DNA from: Eledone cirrhosa
Taxonomy: Eukaryota
Assembly: GCA_964016885.1 (NCBI GenBank)
Contig: OZ024766.1
Location: 6,200,001 to 6,264,000 of the forward strand
Length of the DNA stretch: 64,000 nt
Direction: 5' to 3'
The notes under the pieces were generated by a model that did no database searches, was not told the DNA's origin, and worked only from the letters and a program-made list of their open reading frames with translations. Both the position numbers and the translations under genes were made by a program. Positions 57,583 to 64,000 of this stretch are shown here, piece by piece (the first letter of the stretch is position 1; every line of letters starts with the position of its first letter).

Positions 57583-58617
57583 TAGGAACCAGTAAGACCC
57601 CGACAGCTGAGCTCAAGCCGTTTTGACGGCTAATTCTGGACCGTGTAGGTAACACGGTAAAAAGGCTCCCAGTCCACACTGTAATGTGGCCGTGTAGGTA
57701 ACACGGTAAAAAGCTCCCAGTCCACACTGTAATGTGGCCATGTAGGTAACACGGTAAAAAGGCTCCCAGTCCACACTGTAATGTGGCTGTGTAGGTAACA
57801 CGGTAAAAAGCTCCCAGTCCACACTGTAATGTGGCCGTGTAGGTAACACGGTAAAAAGCTCCCAGTCCACACTGTAATGTGGCCATGTAGGTAACACGGT
57901 AAAAAGGCTCCCAGTCCACACTGTAATGTGGCTGTGTAGGTAACACGGTAAAAAGCTCCCAGTCCACACTGTAATGTGGCCGTGTAGGTAACACGGTAAA
58001 AAGCTCCCAGTCCACACTGTAATGTGGCTGTGTAGGTAACACGGTAAAAAGCTCCCAGTCCACACTGTAATGTGGCCATGTAGGTAACATGGTAAAAAGG
58101 CTCCCAGTCCACACTGTAATGTGGCCGTGTAGGTAACACGGTAAAAAGCTCCCAGTCCACACTGTAATGTGGCCATGTAGGTAACACGGTAAAAAGGCTC
58201 CCAGTCCACACTGTAATGTGGCCGTGTAGGTAACACGGTAAAAAGCTCCCAGTCCACACTGTAATGTGGCCATGTAGGTAACACGGTAAAAAGGCTCCCA
58301 GTCCACACTGTAATGTGGCTGTGTAGGTAACACGGTAAAAAGGCTCCCAGTCCACACTGTAATGTGGCCGTGTAGGTAACACGGTAAAAAGCTCCCAGTC
58401 CACACTGTAATGTGGCCATGTAGGTAACACGGTAAAAAGGCTCCCAGTCCACACTGTAATGTGGCCGTGTAGGTAACACGGTAAAAACCTCCCAGTCCAC
58501 ACTGTAATGTGGTTGTGTAGATAACATGGTAAAAACCTCCCAGTCCACACTGTAAAGAGTCCAGAATTAGCCATCGAAACGGCTTGAGCTCAGCTGTCGG
58601 GGTCTTACTGGTTCCTA
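57583..58617. mobile_element. ~59-bp inverted arms enclosing about 19 copies of the 48-bp module in the opposite orientation
   Basis: Left arm taggaaccagtaagaccccgacagctgagctcaagccgttttgacggctaattctggac; right arm gtccagaattagccatcgaaacggcttgagctcagctgtcggggtcttactggttccta. Confidence 0.9.
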
Positions 58618-61051
58618 TTAGTGTATATATAAATATATATATTTATCAGTGTGTATACCAGTGTTTCCTCAGATCAATGGAAGTTAAGTCAGAGACAACA
58701 ATAAATGGTGTGAGAAATATGTTGCTATTGATGGCTGACGTAGTTATCTCCCCTTCCTTTTATTATTTCCTCTCTCTTCCTTTCCCTTCTTCCCCTCCTG
58801 CCATACCTTTCCCTTTTTCTCTCTCTCCCCTTCCAACTCCCCTTCCTCTCCTACTCCACCTCTCCCTCTCTCCCTCTCCCACCATACCTTTCCCCCTCTC
58901 TCTATCCCCTTCCCACTCCCCTTCCTCTCCTACTACACCTCTCCCTCTCTCCCTCTCCCACCATACCTTTCCCCCTCTCTCTATCCCCTTCCCACTCCCC
59001 TTCCTCTCCTACTCCACCTCTCCCTCTCTCCCTCTCCCACCATACCTTTCCCCCTCTCTATTTCCCCTTCCCACTCCCCTTCCCACCACTCCACCCCACC
59101 GCCCCACCTCTACCTTCCCTTCCTCACTCCCTCCTATCATTCTTCCTTCTGCCTCCCTTTTCTCCCCTTCCTACTCCTCCTAGGTCTCTTCCTCTACCTC
59201 CCCTTTCTCCCCCTCCGACTATCCCCCCTCCTCCCTTGCTCGCCATCTTGCCAGGGTTTCCCCCCTCTCTTTTCAGGCTTCCACACAGGCTTCTCCTTCT
59301 TCTCCTTGACCCTCCCTCTTCCCCCCTCCTCACCCCTTCTCCTAGCTTTCCCCTTACTCTCCTCCTCCTTGTCCTCTTTCTCCTGCTTTCCCTCCTCGCC
59401 AACATGCCTCCCGCCCCCTCTATGTTTCCCCTCCCCTCGTTATTCTACGCCCCCCCCTCCCCCTCTACGCCTCCTCTCCCCCTCCCCATATACGCCCCAC
59501 GCTCCCCTCCCCCATCCACGCCTCCTCTCCCCCCCACCCTCTCTTATCAGTACAGTTCAGTGGACAGGACTTCCCTACTTCTCTTCCTACTCCTCACACT
59601 ACCACAACAGACAGCTTCTACTGTTTTTTTCACACCCACTACTACTACTACTACTGCACCACACTACACCACACTACACCACCTTCACCACCACTACACC
59701 ATCACCACCACTACCACCACCACCACCACCACGACACCACTACACCACCACCACTACTACTACTACACCACCACCACCACCACCACTACTACTACACCAC
59801 CACTACTACTACACCACCACTACACCACCACCACTACACCACCACCACCACCACCACCACCACCACGACCACCACTACTACTACTACACCACTACCACTA
59901 CCACAACCACCACTACTACTACTACACCACCACCACTACACCACTACAACTACACCACTACACCACCACCACCACAACACCACCACCACACCACTACCAC
60001 CACCACCACCACCGCTACTACTACACCACCACTACACCACCACCACCACTATTACTACACCACCACCACTACACCACCACCACTACACCACCACCACTAC
60101 TACTACACCACCACCACCACTACACCACCACCACCACCACTACACCACCACCACCACTACACCACTACAACTACACCACTACACCACTACAACTACACCA
60201 CTACAACTACACCACTACACCACCACACCACCACCACTACTCCTACACCACCACCACCACCACTACACCACCACCACCACCACTACAACTACACCACTAC
60301 ACCACTACAACTACACCACTACACCACCACACCACCACCACTACTCCTACACCACCACCACCACCACTACTACTACACCACCACCACCACCACTACTACA
60401 CCACCGCCACCACTACTACACCACCACCACTACTACTACTACTACTACACCACCACTACTACTACTACACCACCACCACTACTACTACTACACCACCACC
60501 ACCACCACCACCACTACTACTACACCACCACTACTACTACACCACCACTACACCACCACCACTACACCACCACCACCACCACTACTACTACACCACCACC
60601 ACCACTACTACTACACCACCACCACTACACCACCACCACTACACCACCACCACCACTACTACTACTACTACACCACCACCACTACTACTACTACACCACC
60701 ACTACACCACCACCACTACACCACTACTACTACTACACCACCACCACTACTACTACTACTACTACACCACCACCACCACCACTACTACACCACCACCACT
60801 ACTACTACACCACCACCACACCACTACACCACCACCACTACACCACCACCACTACTACTACACCACCACCACCACTACTACTACTACTATTACTACTACA
60901 CTACTATCACACCACCACCACACCACTACAACTACACCACTACACCACTACAACTACACCACTACACCACCACACCACCACCACCACTACACCACTACAC
61001 CACCACTACACCACCACCACTCCCACTCACGTTACTGTTTTCTATTTTCAG

Positions 61052-61153
61052 AGTTCAACCCGGGAGAAGAAGATTCTATATGTGCCAATATTGAGTACTA
61101 CAAACAAGGTTATGAAAGAGTTGATGAAGCTAGCACGTCCATGGCTATCATAA
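61052..61153 (+). CDS. CACNG: Second coding exon of the CACNG/TARP-like gene
   Basis: Acceptor ctgttttctattttcag| and donor |gtacga. The 102-nt phase 1-1 exon continues exon 1 in frame: (E)FNPGEEDSICANIEYYKQGYERVDEASTSMAII. It supplies the next loop cysteine and the C-x-x-I-E-Y...S-T pattern of CACNG exon 2. Later exons lie beyond the window. Confidence 0.85.
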   Translation, partial: SSTREKKILYVPILSTTNKVMKELMKLARPWLS

Positions 61154-61206
61154 GTACGATTTATTTCATCTGCTTTTCAGGGGAGGGGGGCCTCTTGTGT
61201 GTATTT

Positions 61207-61244
<38 letters not shown>

Positions 61245-61280
61245 ACATACACCCACTACATCAATTAACCCTTTACCAGT

Positions 61281-64000
61281 TACATTACTCTATATATACT
61301 ATTGTATTTTCACAGTAAAGGCTTTACCTCACATAATATCCCACATAACATTTACATTACTCTATATATACTATTGTATTTTCACAGTAAAGGCTTTACC
61401 TCACATAATATCCCACATAACATTTACATTACTCTATATATACTATTGTATTTTCACAGTAAAGGCTTTACCCCACATAATATCTCACATAGCATTTACA
61501 TTACTCTATATATACTATTGTATTGTCACAGTAAAGGCTTTACCTCACATAATATCTCACATAACATTTACATTACTCTATATATACTATTGTATTTTCA
61601 CAGTAAAGGCTTTACCTCACATAATATCTCACATAGCATTTACATTACTCTATATATACTATTGTATTGTCACAGTAAAGGCTTTACCTCACATAATACC
61701 TCACATAACATTTACATTACTCTATATATACTATTGTATTTTCACAGTAAAGGCTTTACCTCACATAATATCTCACATAACATTTACATTACTCTATATA
61801 TACTATTGTATTGTCACAGTAAAGGCTTTACCTCACATAATATCTCACATAACATTTAAATTACTCTATATATACTATTGTATTGTCACAGTAAAGGCTT
61901 TACCTCACATAATATCTCACATAACATTTACATTACTCTATATATACTATTGTATTGTCACAGTAAAGGCTTTACTTCACATAATATCTCACATAACATT
62001 TACATTACTCTATATATACTATTGTATTTTCACAGTAAAGGCTTTACCTCACATAATATCCCACATAACATTTACATTACTCTATATATACTATTGTATT
62101 TTCACAGTAAAGGCTTTACTTCACATAATATCCCACATAACATTTACATTACTCTATATATACTATTGTATTTTCACAGTAAAGGCTTTACCCCACATAA
62201 TATCTCACATAGCATTTACATTACTCTATATATACTATTGTATTGTCACAGTAAAGGCTTTACCTCACATAATATCTCACATAACATTTACATTACTCTA
62301 TATATACTATTGTATTTTCACAGTAAAGGCTTTACCTCACATAATATCTCACATAGCATTTACATTACTCTATATATACTATTGTATTGTCACAGTAAAG
62401 GCTTTACCTCACATAATACCTCACATAACATTTACATTACTCTATATATACTATTGTATTTTCACAGTAAAGGCTTTACCTCACATAATATCTCACATAA
62501 CATTTACATTACTCTATATATACTATTGTATTGTCACAGTAAAGGCTTTACCTCACATAATATCTCACATAACATTTAAATTACTCTATATATACTATTG
62601 TATTGTCACAGTAAAGGCTTTACCTCACATAATATCTCACATAACATTTACATTACTCTATATATACTATTGTATTGTCACAGTAAAGGCTTTACTTCAC
62701 ATAATATCTCACATAACATTTACATTACTCTATATATACTATTGTATTTTCACAGTAAAGGCTTTACCTCACATAATATCTCACATAACATTTACATTAC
62801 TCTATATATACTATTGTATTGTCACAGTAAAGGCTTTACCTCACATAATATCTCACATAACATTTACATTACTCTATATATACTATTGTATTGTCACAGT
62901 AAAGGCTTTACTTCACATAATATCTCACATAACATTTACATTACTCTATATATACTATTGTATTTTCACAGTAAAGGCTTTACCTCACATAATATCTCAC
63001 ATAACATTTACATTACTCTATATATACTATTGTATTGTCACAGTAAAGGCTTTACCTCACATAATATCTCACATAACATTTACATTACTCTATATATACT
63101 ATTGTATTTTCACAGTAAAGGCTTTACCTCACATAATACCTCACATAACATTTACATTACTCTATATATACTATTGTATTGTCACAGTAAAGGCTTTACC
63201 TCACATAATATCTCACATAACATTTACATTACTCTATATATACTATTGTATTTTCACAGTAAAGGCTTTACCTCACATAATATCTCACATAACATTTACA
63301 TTACTCTATATATACTATTGTATTGTCACATTAAAGGCTTTACCTCACATAATATCTCACATACCATTTACATTACTCTATATATACTATTGTATTGTCA
63401 CAGTAAAGGCTTTACTTCACATAATATCTCACATAACATTTACATTACTCTATATATACTATTGTATTGTCACAGTAAAGGCTTTACCTCACATAATATC
63501 TCACATAACATTTACATTACTCTATATATACTATTGTATTGTCACAGTAAAGGCTTTACTTCACATAATATCTCACATAACATTTACATTACTCTATATA
63601 TACTATTGTATTTTCACAGTAAAGGCTTTACCTCACATAATATCTCACATAACATTTACATTACTCTATATATACTATTGTATTGTCACAGTAAAGGCTT
63701 TACCTCACATAATATCTCACATAACATTTAAATTACTCTATATATACTATTGTATTGTCACAGTAAAGGCTTTACCTCACATAATATCTCACATAACATT
63801 TACATTACTCTATATATACTATTGTATTGTCACAGTAAAGGCTTTACTTCACATAATATCTCACATAACATTTACATTACTCTATATATACTATTGTATT
63901 TTCACAGTAAAGGCTTTACCTCACATAATATCTCACATAACATTTACATTACTCTATATATACTATTGTATTGTCACAGTAAAGGCTTTACCTCACATAA
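61281..64000. repeat. 72-bp tandem array (at least 37 copies, runs off the window)
   Basis: Unit tacattactctatatatactattgtattttcacagtaaaggctttacctcacataatatctcacataacatt. Confidence 0.97.

Overview
Eukaryotic, repeat-saturated animal DNA. The (TA)n/(CA)n/(CCA)n microsatellite load and the tRNA-headed SINEs with CORE-like domains and (GAT)n tails suggest an octopus or other coleoid cephalopod (inference). Nearly all ORFs in the supplied track are microsatellite or tandem-repeat artefacts. The one real host gene I can support is a stargazin/TARP (CACNG, claudin-superfamily) gene on the + strand: coding exon 32532-32736 and the next exon 61052-61153, joined in phase 1 across a 28.3-kb intron. 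Three things stand out. (1) Several families of short elements in (TA)n tracts carry minimal type I hammerhead ribozyme folds, often as fold-back palindromes. They include a U3-A8 core variant and a long-stem-II variant, and some lie sense to the TARP pre-mRNA. (2) The 3' half of the TARP exon plus its splice donor has been tandemly amplified 8 extra times. (3) About ten tandem arrays can each be traced to a piece of a SINE or LINE present in the same window, including one 48-bp SINE module that expanded four times and forms a long intronic inverted repeat. No ribozyme activity or splicing outcome can be shown from sequence alone.
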